Positions 42,056 through 51,337 of a DNA stretch of 64,000 bases are shown piece after piece; positions within the stretch are counted from its first letter, which is position 1, and each line of letters opens with the position of its first letter. Made by a program: the position numbers and the translations under genes. A model generated the notes under the pieces. It searched no databases and had not been told where the DNA came from. It worked only from the letters and a program-made list of their open reading frames with translations. The stretch comes from an uncultured Akkermansia sp. (GTDB taxonomy: Bacteria; Verrucomicrobiota; Verrucomicrobiia; Verrucomicrobiales; Akkermansiaceae), in the NCBI GenBank assembly GCA_904501955.1, contig CAJGCY010000001.1, forward strand, positions 7,914-71,913, given 5' to 3'.

Positions 42056-43352
42056 CACCATCACCGTTCAGCAACTGACGCATGGCTTGCAGGGGCAGCT
42101 CACCGTCCCCGGGGATAAGAGCATCTCTCACCGAGTAGCCATTCTCGGCGCATTGGCTCATGGCAGCATGCGCGTGCGTAATTACCTGTGCAGTGAAGAT
42201 TGCCTCAATACCCTGCGCGCCATGCAGCAGCTCGGCGCGCAAGTTACCCTTGGCGATTGCCCGCAAAACTTTACGCTGACCGGCACCGGCATGCAGCCCA
42301 CCGCCCCTCAGGCGGATATTGACTGCGGCAACTCCGGCACCGGCATGCGCCTGATGGCCGGCGTGCTGGCGGCCTTACCCTTCCGCTCCCGCATGTACGG
42401 CGATTCCTCCCTCTGTAGCCGCCCCATGAACCGAATCATCACCCCCTTGGGGCAAATGGGCGCACGCATCCGAGCTTGCGGCGCCAAGGCAGGCTGCGCC
42501 CCGCTGGAGATTGACGGCGGTAAGCTGTCCACCATCGACTACACCCTCCCTATGGCCAGCGCTCAGGTGAAAAGCGCCGTGCTGCTGGCCGGCATGCTGA
42601 CGGAGGGCACGACACGCGTTCACCAGCCCGCCATCACCCGCGACCACACAGAGCGCCTGTTCGCCCACTTCGGCATTCCCTGCTCCGTCAGTGAGGATAG
42701 GCTGAACATTGCCGTACAGGGACCCGTTACTTACAAGGCGAACGACATCACCGTGCCCGGCGATATATCCTCCGCCGCCTTCTGGATGGTGGCCGCCAGC
42801 ATTTTGCCGGGCAGCAAGCTCACGCTTAACAATGTGGGGCTCAACCCCACGCGCAATGCCATCATCACCGTTCTGCAGCGCATGGGGGCGGATATCCACA
42901 TCGATACCGTATCCTCCACCGGCGAGCCCTACGGCAACATCACCGTGACAACACCGCAACGCTTTGTAGGTACGGAGGTGCTGCCGCATGAGATTCCGAA
43001 CTTGATAGATGAAATTCCCGTGCTGGCCGTGGCTGCCGCCTTTGCGGAGGGTAGCACCACCATTCGCCATGCAGCGGAGTTGCGCGTGAAGGAGAGCGAC
43101 CGCATCACCACAACTGTGCAGAACCTGCGAGCCATGGGCGCGGAGGTGGAGGAGTTCGAGGACGGAATGGTCATCCACGGAGGCAAGCCCTTGCATGGCG
43201 CTGTTATGGACAGCTACGGCGACCACCGCATCGCCATGAGTTTCCTGATGGCAGGCCTGCGTGCGGAGGGCGCCACCACACTGCTGCACTGCACCAACAT
43301 CAACACCTCATACCCGGGCTTCAAGGAGCACCTGCAACAACTCATTTCCTGA
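42045..43352 (+). CDS. aroA: EPSP synthase
   Basis: Motifs PGDKSISHR, GNSGT, SAQVKS, RDHTE, RVKESDR, DHRIAM. Confidence 0.97.
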   Translation: METDTITVQQLTHGLQGQLTVPGDKSISHRVAILGALAHGSMRVRNYLCSEDCLNTLRAMQQLGAQVTLGDCPQNFTLTGTGMQPTAPQADIDCGNSGTGMRLMAGVLAALPFRSRMYGDSSLCSRPMNRIITPLGQMGARIRACGAKAGCAPLEIDGGKLSTIDYTLPMASAQVKSAVLLAGMLTEGTTRVHQPAITRDHTERLFAHFGIPCSVSEDRLNIAVQGPVTYKANDITVPGDISSAAFWMVAASILPGSKLTLNNVGLNPTRNAIITVLQRMGADIHIDTVSSTGEPYGNITVTTPQRFVGTEVLPHEIPNLIDEIPVLAVAAAFAEGSTTIRHAAELRVKESDRITTTVQNLRAMGAEVEEFEDGMVIHGGKPLHGAVMDSYGDHRIAMSFLMAGLRAEGATTLLHCTNINTSYPGFKEHLQQLIS

Positions 43353-43356
43353 CGCT

Positions 43357-45222
43357 ATGGCCAGAATTACCGAAGAATGCGTTGCCCGCATCAAAGACAC
43401 CGCTGATGTTGTGGACATCATCGGCAGCTATTTGCAGCTGCGCCGAGCCGGTAATTCATGGAAGGCCTGTTGCCCCTTCCACAATGAGAAAACCCCGTCC
43501 TTCCACGTTAACCCGGCACGCCAGAGCTTCAAGTGCTTCGGCTGCGGTGTGGGCGGAGATGCCATCAAGTTCATGATGATGTTCGAGAACATTGACTACC
43601 CCACCGCCCTGCGGCGCGTGGCGGAGCGCAATGGTATCGCCATCATTGAGGAAGAGGAAAACCCGGAGGTGCTCCGCATGCGCCGTTTGCGTTCCGCCGT
43701 CATCGGCGCAAACCAACTGGCGGCGGACTACTTTCACCGCCTGCTCTGCCGCAGCAAAGACGCAGACCACGTAAGAGCCTACCTCAAAGCCCGTGAGTTC
43801 AACATCGACATCGCCAAAAATTGGCAACTCGGCTGGGCTCCGCATGATATGCGCGGCTTCATCGACCTCGCCGCGCAAAACAGGATGGACCGCAAGCTGC
43901 TGACGGAAGCTTACCTACTGCAAAACAACAGCCGTGGAAGCTATGCCGTGTTCAGGGATAGACTCATGTTCCCCATTCACAACATCCGCGGTGAGGTAGT
44001 GGGCTTTTCCGGGCGCATCATGGCGGAGGGGCAAGACCCGCGCAAATACGTCAACACCGGTGACACGGTCGCCTTCCACAAAGGCTCCCTGCTCTTCGGT
44101 TTATTCAAGGCGACTCCCCATATTGCCAGGGCGGGCATGACAGTCGTGGTCTGTGAGGGTCAGCTGGATGTCATTGCCTGCCATGAGAAAGCGGACATCC
44201 GCAATGCAGTGGCCGGCTTGGGCACGGCCTTCACGGATGAACACGCCAAAATCCTCCACAAATACGCCCAAAAGGCCATCCTCTGTTACGATGGCGACAA
44301 CGCCGGCATCAAAGCCAGTGAAAAGACCTTCCGCAAACTGGCTGCCGCGGGTATGGAGGTGTACATGGCCTCGCTACCTCCCGGCGAAGACCCGGATTCC
44401 CTCATCCGCAGCAAAGGACCGGAGCCGCTGCAAGAGGCGATCCAGAATGCGCGCCCCTATCTGGAGGTGCGTTGCTCTTGGGAAAAGCAGAACAACAGCG
44501 CCGATGCCAACGCCCGAGCCGCTCTTATCCCCCGCATGGCAGAGCTCGCTGCGGAAATTACCGACCCCATCCGTCGTGATGTCGCAGTGGCGGACTTAGC
44601 CGTGCGTCTCAACGCCGGCTTGGATGACCTGCGAGCCACGGTGACGGACTTCATCCACCAGCGCAAAAATGCGCCCCAAGCCTCCTCTCAGCCGGAATAT
44701 GCGGAGGAGTCCGACGAGTTTGAGGCGGAATTCGACGACTTCCCCTCGGAGGCTCGCCCCGTCCCCTTGGCAAAAGTCACCCCCTTGCGCCTGCACCCCA
44801 CCATTCGCAACCTCATCAGCTACGCCGCGCAGAACAGGGAGGCGCAACAGGCTCTGGTGGATAGGATTGAGGAGTTGCAGGAACCCATCGGCATTCTTCC
44901 CGGGGGTATTGTCTTGCAAAGATTGTTAGAGGTGCTCCCCGAGCCGGGCAACGCCGAATCCTGGCAGCAATTTTTGGCCAAGCTACCCCCGGAGCAAGCT
45001 GCAGCCCTCAGCAAAATGGACAACACCGCCATCGACATGCCGAGTGCGGATGCCTTCATGCAGCAAGCCTGTGCCTACGCCGCCAGGGATGCCCTCAGCG
45101 CACGCATCGACGCCATCAAATCCCGCATCCTCTCCCCTGACCTCTCCGCCGCTGAAGTTGCGGAGCTTTTCCGCGAATCCAACGAACTGCAGCGCCTCCT
45201 CGACGGCAGCGCCAGAGAATAA
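43357..45222 (+). CDS. dnaG: DNA primase
   Basis: Zn finger CPFHNEKTPSF..CFGC, FRDRLMFPI, KYVN, EGQLD, YDGDNAG, DPD. Confidence 0.97.
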   Translation: MARITEECVARIKDTADVVDIIGSYLQLRRAGNSWKACCPFHNEKTPSFHVNPARQSFKCFGCGVGGDAIKFMMMFENIDYPTALRRVAERNGIAIIEEEENPEVLRMRRLRSAVIGANQLAADYFHRLLCRSKDADHVRAYLKAREFNIDIAKNWQLGWAPHDMRGFIDLAAQNRMDRKLLTEAYLLQNNSRGSYAVFRDRLMFPIHNIRGEVVGFSGRIMAEGQDPRKYVNTGDTVAFHKGSLLFGLFKATPHIARAGMTVVVCEGQLDVIACHEKADIRNAVAGLGTAFTDEHAKILHKYAQKAILCYDGDNAGIKASEKTFRKLAAAGMEVYMASLPPGEDPDSLIRSKGPEPLQEAIQNARPYLEVRCSWEKQNNSADANARAALIPRMAELAAEITDPIRRDVAVADLAVRLNAGLDDLRATVTDFIHQRKNAPQASSQPEYAEESDEFEAEFDDFPSEARPVPLAKVTPLRLHPTIRNLISYAAQNREAQQALVDRIEELQEPIGILPGGIVLQRLLEVLPEPGNAESWQQFLAKLPPEQAAALSKMDNTAIDMPSADAFMQQACAYAARDALSARIDAIKSRILSPDLSAAEVAELFRESNELQRLLDGSARE

Positions 45223-45336
45223 GGCAGAACCCCGTGAACCGCCCACAAAAACAAATGCGATGGCATAAAGCGAGGCTCAAAATACGGCATTGTTCCAAAA
45301 TGCCACAAACCTGATAAAACACGCGTCCACAACGGC

Positions 45337-45445
45337 TCGGAGCTCCGATGTTCGCTGCTGCGCAGGGGCCTGCGGCTGACGCAAACGCTCGCAGTCACTC
45401 TCGCGAACGTTCGCCCCTCTCCGGGCTCACACGAAGTCGGTGAGC
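45337..45445. repeat. Palindrome-rich intergenic element (REP/MITE-like or structured RNA)
   Basis: Perfect 12-mers TCGGAGCTCCGA and GCGAACGTTCGC, plus hairpins CGCAG/CTGCG, GCTCAC/GTGAGC and long-range AGGGGC/GCCCCT. Confidence 0.45.
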
Positions 45446-45446
45446 A

Positions 45447-46085
45447 TTACGCGAGGGAGTCGATGAGCTCGGGGGCGACGTCGTCACCATTGATGAGGGA
45501 GGCGAGTACGGGTAAGCTGGTGGTGCGCTCGAGGAGGTCTTTGTTGGTGACGGCGGCGGTGTCCCACTCTTCGGCGGGGTGATTGAGCACCAGGCCGGCG
45601 CAGGTGAGGCCTGCTTGACGGATGGCTGCCAAGATGGGGGCAACCAAGCCGGCAGCGCCGCGGCGGTTCTCCACCACGAGCAGGATGGGCAAGGCGAGTT
45701 CTTTTGCCAGGTCCGCCATGGTGACGCCCGGCGCGAGCGGGGTAGCCCAGCCGTAGCAGCCCTCCACAAGCACGGTCTCATATTGGGAGCTCAACTCCTT
45801 GTAAGCCTGAACAATGGACGCGGTGGAAATCTCCTTACGCTCAAGCTCGGCAGCCATCATGGGGTCCGCCACGGAGCGCAGATAAACGGGGTTGATGAGG
45901 TCCAGACTCAAGGTGGGGCAGCCCATGGCCTCGCGCATGGAGCGGGCTTCCGTGCGGTCACCGCAGGCAACCGGCTTGAAACCGGCGGCATTCACCCCCT
46001 GCTCCTTCAGCTGGCGGAGGAGAGAGAGGAGAACATAAGACTTACCGACAGAGGCATCCGTCCCGGCAATAAAATAGTTATTCAT
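45447..46085 (-). CDS. bioD: Dethiobiotin synthase
   Basis: Motifs GTDASVGKS, FKPVACG, LVEG; start at MNNYFIAG. Confidence 0.92.
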   Translation of the reverse strand: MNNYFIAGTDASVGKSYVLLSLLRQLKEQGVNAAGFKPVACGDRTEARSMREAMGCPTLSLDLINPVYLRSVADPMMAAELERKEISTASIVQAYKELSSQYETVLVEGCYGWATPLAPGVTMADLAKELALPILLVVENRRGAAGLVAPILAAIRQAGLTCAGLVLNHPAEEWDTAAVTNKDLLERTTSLPVLASLINGDDVAPELIDSLA

Positions 46086-46107
46086 GGCAAAAGAAAGATG
46101 CAGCAAA

Positions 46108-46311
46108 TTACTCAACATCCGGGACAACGATGCGGATATCCTCCTCATCCCACTCGCTGTTCGCCTCGCTGGAGCGGTACTCCACCACAGCCCACACAAT
46201 GATGGCCAAGCCAAGGGTGATTAACTTGGGCTTCCAGTTGCGGGTGAGCTTGCGGTTACCGCTGAAAAACTTATTTTTCAGATGATTTATTATCCTGTTC
46301 AGCTGCTGCAT
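46108..46311 (-). CDS. Small single-TM protein resembling the CdaR N-terminal anchor
   Basis: NWKPKLITLGLAIIVWAVV; overlaps the cdaA 3' end. Confidence 0.65.
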   Translation of the reverse strand: MQQLNRIINHLKNKFFSGNRKLTRNWKPKLITLGLAIIVWAVVEYRSSEANSEWDEEDIRIVVPDVE

Positions 46312-47056
46312 TGTGGTATATGAGTTCGGTTAAACGAGTATTGAGCATGGCGACGGAGACATCACGCTGGACCATGTTGCCCACGACGAGGGAGACGGTG
46401 CCGGTCTCCTCAGAAACGACGATGACGACGGCATCCGACACCTCCGCCACGCCGATACCGGCGCGGTGGCGCAAGCCCAAGGAGCGGTCCTTGAGCTCTT
46501 TGTTCGTGACGGGGAAGATGCAACCGGCTGCGACAATGCGTTCGTTGTTAATGACGGCGGCGCCATCATGCAAGAGGGTTTTGGGGTGGAAGATGGTGCC
46601 CAAGAGCTCACGAGAGCAGACGGCATCCAACTTGGTACCGGTTTTGACGTATTCGGAAAGCCTGTTCGTGCGGCAAATGGCGATAAGCGCACCGAAGCGC
46701 TTGCTGACCAGGTAAGAAACGGAATCACACACGCGGGTGATGAAGTTCTGGTCCTCCGCACGCGTCCACAATTTACCCAAGATACGGTTGGAGCCCAACT
46801 TGGCGAGGGCGGTACGCAACTCCGGCTGAAAAAGAATGGCCAAGAGCGTGCCGGGGCCGACAATGGCGCCGGCAATGACTTGCAGCACGGTGGCGCGCGT
46901 CAGCTCGAGGATGGCGCCACCCAAAAAGACAATGGCGGCCAAGCCTGCCAAGATGGCGGCTGCACGGGAATCCTTGAAGGCGCGGTACAATTGGTAAAAA
47001 ATAAACCAAAGTACCGAGATTTCAAAAACACATCTTAATGCATAAAAAACGTCCAT
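46271..47056 (-). CDS. cdaA: Diadenylate cyclase CdaA
   Basis: Three N-terminal TMs, FQPELR, GALI, LHDGA, GLRHRA, VVSEETG. Confidence 0.94.
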   Translation of the reverse strand: MDVFYALRCVFEISVLWFIFYQLYRAFKDSRAAAILAGLAAIVFLGGAILELTRATVLQVIAGAIVGPGTLLAILFQPELRTALAKLGSNRILGKLWTRAEDQNFITRVCDSVSYLVSKRFGALIAICRTNRLSEYVKTGTKLDAVCSRELLGTIFHPKTLLHDGAAVINNERIVAAGCIFPVTNKELKDRSLGLRHRAGIGVAEVSDAVVIVVSEETGTVSLVVGNMVQRDVSVAMLNTRLTELIYHNAAAEQDNKSSEK

Positions 47057-47077
47057 ATGCGGGGATAAGCAGATGTT

Positions 47078-48076
47078 TTACGATTCCTCCGCCAGCCACT
47101 GAGCGACCTGCGGGGCAGCGTAGGTAAGGATCATATCCGCCCCGGCGCGGCGGATGGACAGCAGGGCCTCCAGCATGCAGCTGCGTTCATCCAACCAACC
47201 GGAGGCAGCGGCGGCCTTGAGCATCAGGTACTCTCCGCTCACGTGGTAAGCGGCTATAGGCAAATGGGTGGAGGCACGCAGCTCTGCAATGACGTCCAAA
47301 TACAGAGTGGCGGGCTTCACCATCAGCATATCCGCGCCCTCGGCAGCATCTGCAGCAGCCTCGCGCAAGGCCTCACGGCGGTTCGCGGGGTCCATCTGGT
47401 AGGTCTTTTTGTCACCGAACTTCGGGGCGCTGCCCAATGCCCCGCGGAAGGGACCGTAAAAGGCTGAGGCGTACTTGGCTGTGTAGCTGAGGATGGAAAC
47501 GTGGGTGAAGCCCTCGGCATCCAGAGCAGCGCGAATGGCAGCCACGCGGCCATCCATCATATCACTGGGGGAAATAATATCCGCCCCGGCGCGGGCGTGG
47601 CACAGGGCTTGGCGGCACAAGGCCTCCACCGTTTCATCATTCAGGATTTCATAGGCGCCGCCCTCGTACTCACGCACAATGCCATCTTGCCCGTAGGTGT
47701 TGAAGGGATCCAGGGCTACATCCGTCATGACCAGCATGTCCGGCACGCGTTTTTTGATGGCTGCAATGGCGCGCGGTACCACGCCCTGCGGGTTCCAGGC
47801 CTCAGTGCCGGCAGCATCTTTTTTCTCCTCCGGCACCACGGCGAACAAATCCACACAGTGAATGCCCAAGGCGTAAAGGGACTCACACTCCGCAGCGATA
47901 TCATTCACACACCAGCGGGTGCAGCCGGGCAAGGATTCGATGGCGGTGTTCTCCTCCCCCTCTTGCACAAACATGGGGTAAATCAAATGCGCTGCGCTCA
48001 GCTCAGTCTCGCGCATCAGGGCGCGCATGGCGGCGGATTTTCTATTGCGACGCGGACGAATAGGAAGATTCATCAT
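47078..48076 (-). CDS. hemB: Porphobilinogen synthase
   Basis: Motifs RPRRNR, DVALDP, PSDMMDGR, YGPFR, KTYQMD, MVKP, AYHVSGEY. Confidence 0.97.
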   Translation of the reverse strand: MMNLPIRPRRNRKSAAMRALMRETELSAAHLIYPMFVQEGEENTAIESLPGCTRWCVNDIAAECESLYALGIHCVDLFAVVPEEKKDAAGTEAWNPQGVVPRAIAAIKKRVPDMLVMTDVALDPFNTYGQDGIVREYEGGAYEILNDETVEALCRQALCHARAGADIISPSDMMDGRVAAIRAALDAEGFTHVSILSYTAKYASAFYGPFRGALGSAPKFGDKKTYQMDPANRREALREAAADAAEGADMLMVKPATLYLDVIAELRASTHLPIAAYHVSGEYLMLKAAAASGWLDERSCMLEALLSIRRAGADMILTYAAPQVAQWLAEES

Positions 48077-48078
48077 GT

Positions 48079-48663
48079 TCAGGATTCAGACTCTTTTGAA
48101 ATGGTTGAAAAATAGTTTTTAGCGCCTGCATGGACGACATGGACGACGCTGAGGACATCCAAGCTGCTGGTTTCCACATACTGGTGGCATACTTCCGCAT
48201 AGAGCTCACGGCGCTCTGCTTGCAAGCGCTCCAGGATTTCCAGCCGATTCGGGTTGTTCAGCAAGGGGCGATTGTTCGCGCGCGAGGTGCGCTCGATGAG
48301 GGCACCCACCGTAACATCGAACCAGACGACATAGCCCATACGCTTGAGGATGCGGCGGTTAATCTCTCGCAAGACGACCCCGCCGCCGGTGGAAATAATG
48401 GTAGCGCCCTTGCCGGAGGAGACAAAGTTCTCCAAATACTGAAGGAGAGCGGTTTCCAGCGCGCGGAAACGGCCTTCGCCCTCATCGCGGAAAATATCCG
48501 GAATGCTTTTGCCGATTTGCTCCTCAATCACAGCATCCATATCCAGCAGGGGCATGCCGGTGAGCTTGCTGAGCTCTTTGCCGACCGTAGTCTTGCCACT
48601 CCCCATCATCCCGACGAGGATAATGGGGCGTCCATGCGTGTCTATGGGCCGGCAATACGACAT
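48079..48663 (-). CDS. aroK: Shikimate kinase
   Basis: Motifs GMMGSGKTTVG, GEGRFR, STGGG, RPLL. Confidence 0.95.
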   Translation of the reverse strand: MSYCRPIDTHGRPIILVGMMGSGKTTVGKELSKLTGMPLLDMDAVIEEQIGKSIPDIFRDEGEGRFRALETALLQYLENFVSSGKGATIISTGGGVVLREINRRILKRMGYVVWFDVTVGALIERTSRANNRPLLNNPNRLEILERLQAERRELYAEVCHQYVETSSLDVLSVVHVVHAGAKNYFSTISKESES

Positions 48664-48735
48664 AACAGGATATAATTACAACAGCGCCGACATTCTAGCA
48701 AAAAATACCGCGGATGACAAGAGCCGAGCGAAGCA

Positions 48736-50136
48736 TCACTCGGCACTTTTCAGCAAGGCGGGGAAAAAGACCCACGTTTTGCTGGTCAGGATGGCATCAT
48801 AAGTCTTCTTTGACTGCTCCGCGACGCGCTTGTTCGTTTCGATATCCACGCGAGGGTTCGGGGTCAGCGCGAACTTCATGTACACCTGAGCAGCGGTTGT
48901 ATCCGGCTTAGCATCAGCGTTCCCGAGGGCGGACAAACCGGCCATCATGGCATAAGCGTACACGGAACCGGCAGCGGCATCCGCGGCCAAAGCATCCAAA
49001 GCCTTACGCATATTGGGCTTAATGCTACCGGCACCGTTAAAATAAATGCTGGCCAAGGCCTGGTTCACCCACAAAGCCCCGCTATCACGTGCTTTGAGCA
49101 TGAGCTCCATGCCCTTCTCTTCATTACGTGGGCAACCTGCGCCCATAACCATGCAATACCCCAAACCTGCGCTACCCTCATTCACCCCACAACGGTGAGC
49201 ATACTCGAACAAGCGGCATATTCGCTCCGCCGGCACCGCAGGCATATCACCGTTAGCATAGGCACGGCCAAGGGTGGCAGCGGCATCCGGCGAGAGCAAC
49301 ATGGCAGCTATGGCCAAATGTTTGCGCGCTGTGGCGTTGTCTTTTTTCAGCCCCATTTTCAAGGCTACGTCAAGGGTATCCGCACGGTGCAACAGCACAC
49401 CGTAAAGGTAGAGAGCCATGACATTGTGGCGCTCTACGGCCGTAAGCAAGTGCTTAAGTGCTTCATCTACTTTCGTAGCAGCTTGGCTGAGCAAGTAAGG
49501 GGCTGTCGGGCTACCGTGAGACTCCGCCAAGAGCATCCACTTCACCGCATCCGCTTCCGTGCTTTGAGCAGAGGCAACGAGCTCTTCCAGATAATGATTA
49601 CCTTTCTTCAACTCAGACGCGACCTCCGGGGCGCTCAGTTTATCCGGATTGAGGCGCCCGCTCTGCAGCAGGTAAAGGGCGCGGGCTTTGCTGTTGCCTG
49701 ATTTGCAAGCCTCCATCAACCATTTTTTTGCCTCATCACTTGATTCTTTCGGGCTGAGCTGAGAGAGTGCCACCATGGCAGGGGCGTACTTTTTCTTCGC
49801 AGCGAGCTCAATTTGCTTCAGCACCTTTTTGTAGGCGGCGTCATCATTACCGATCAAGGTGAGCTCGTACATCGCCTCCCACATGATGGCGGCAGCATTG
49901 CCACGCTTGGCGGCAGCTTGCATCATCGGCAAAAAGGCAGTCTCATCAGCCGTACCCTCCCAAACAACGCGCGCAGCCTCATAAAAATCTTCATCATTGG
50001 TTTTTACCATGGCATCCAGCACCTGCTGCAATGCAGCTTCCGTTTGCTTGGATTGAGCTACAGAAGCTTCGGACTGCTGCCCTACAGCCGTCATGCCGCC
50101 CAGCAACGCCAAACTCAATAATGTCAGTCTCGTCAT
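48736..50136 (-). CDS. Secreted Sel1-like repeat protein
   Basis: Signal peptide; repeated helical units such as AGLGYCMVMGAGCPRNEEKG and LASIYFNG. Confidence 0.8.
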   Translation of the reverse strand: MTRLTLLSLALLGGMTAVGQQSEASVAQSKQTEAALQQVLDAMVKTNDEDFYEAARVVWEGTADETAFLPMMQAAAKRGNAAAIMWEAMYELTLIGNDDAAYKKVLKQIELAAKKKYAPAMVALSQLSPKESSDEAKKWLMEACKSGNSKARALYLLQSGRLNPDKLSAPEVASELKKGNHYLEELVASAQSTEADAVKWMLLAESHGSPTAPYLLSQAATKVDEALKHLLTAVERHNVMALYLYGVLLHRADTLDVALKMGLKKDNATARKHLAIAAMLLSPDAAATLGRAYANGDMPAVPAERICRLFEYAHRCGVNEGSAGLGYCMVMGAGCPRNEEKGMELMLKARDSGALWVNQALASIYFNGAGSIKPNMRKALDALAADAAAGSVYAYAMMAGLSALGNADAKPDTTAAQVYMKFALTPNPRVDIETNKRVAEQSKKTYDAILTSKTWVFFPALLKSAE

Positions 50137-50390
50137 GCCTTTATTATAGCGGTATACCGCCCCACGCGCAAGCTTTTTATTCAGCTGCAAATAACCGTTT
50201 TTTCACAAAGGGGGCTTGCCACTCCCCCGTCCCCGGAAGAATGGAGGTAAATCAGACCTTGGCGACTTATGAGAAGTGCTCTTTCTTTCACGAACGTCCC
50301 GGGAAAATCAACTTGACTTCCCGCATGAATTCGTTAGAATGAAGAGACAAACACACTGCAACAGACCAATCCATTATAAAAGATTTCGAC

Positions 50391-50798
50391 ATGCGCATCA
50401 AAGACCATATCAAAACCGCGCTGCTCTGCGCAGCGCTTCTGGGGGTAAGCGCTTGCTCCCCCTCACCGGAAAGCCTCAATAGGGATTTAGCCGACCTCTG
50501 GGAAGAAGCAGCAGAGGTACTCAACGACTGCGATGAGCATGGTGAAATATCAGACACGGTGGAGGAGTTACGAGCTCTCACCGAAAAGGCAAGAGCGCTC
50601 CGCTGCAAGTTCAAAGGCAACGCCTTTAAGCTCGGGTATAAGGTAAACAGCAGCATCACCGAAGATGAATCGGATGAACTCAGCGAACGCATCACCATCG
50701 CGAGGTATAAATTCGACGATGGAGTCGCACACGCGAAAAAGCTCAATTCAGAGTATCTGAATAAAGTTATAGAAGAGTTCGAAGAAGAGCTCAGGTAA
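50391..50798 (+). CDS. Hypothetical lipoprotein
   Basis: Lipobox VSAC; helical; TTGACT-16-TAGAAT promoter upstream. Confidence 0.75.
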   Translation: MRIKDHIKTALLCAALLGVSACSPSPESLNRDLADLWEEAAEVLNDCDEHGEISDTVEELRALTEKARALRCKFKGNAFKLGYKVNSSITEDESDELSERITIARYKFDDGVAHAKKLNSEYLNKVIEEFEEELR

Positions 50799-50825
50799 GA
50801 AACAAGAATTCGACAAGGGAAAGCC

Positions 50826-51317
50826 ATGAAATACATTCAACCATTGGCCATGCTGGCAGTTCCGGCTATTTGCCTGAGCCTCACGTCCTGCTCACGTGAT
50901 TATGAAGAATATCTGGAAGCAGCGACATCACTCGCGAAAGAAGCGGCAGACATCCTCAACGATTGCGAAGGCGAGGAAGATGCGGATGCCACCGCGGACA
51001 AAATCCTGAAGCTCGCAAAAAAGATGGAGGATTTGAGAGAGAGCTTCTTATGCTCCTATGCGGATGATGTGCGCAGCGCCATCATTAAGCCCGAATTGAG
51101 CGACGATACGCAGACAAAGGCTCTCAAAAACATCACGGAGAAACATCGTGAAATCCAGTCTTCTTACCGCGATAGGAATATGCACTGGAAGGCTGCCGTG
51201 ACACGCATCAACAGCAGCGAGACGCTCAGCCGCCGGAGATACCTGGATTACGCCATCCGCAGATTTACCCGAGAGTACGACAGTTTCATCGACAACTCGA
51301 ACATTTTCGGCAGTTAA
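50826..51317 (+). CDS. Hypothetical lipoprotein, paralog of the upstream gene
   Basis: Lipobox LTSC; KEAADILNDCE matches EEAAEVLNDCD of the neighbour. Confidence 0.75.
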   Translation: MKYIQPLAMLAVPAICLSLTSCSRDYEEYLEAATSLAKEAADILNDCEGEEDADATADKILKLAKKMEDLRESFLCSYADDVRSAIIKPELSDDTQTKALKNITEKHREIQSSYRDRNMHWKAAVTRINSSETLSRRRYLDYAIRRFTREYDSFIDNSNIFGS

Positions 51318-51337
51318 ACCTTCGGATGTTCGCGCCT

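Noticed and set aside
45223..45446. SRP RNA, 6S RNA, tRNA or CRISPR identity for the dnaG-bioD gap
   Set aside because: No SRP GGAA-loop motif, cloverleaf or repeat-spacer periodicity was recognised.
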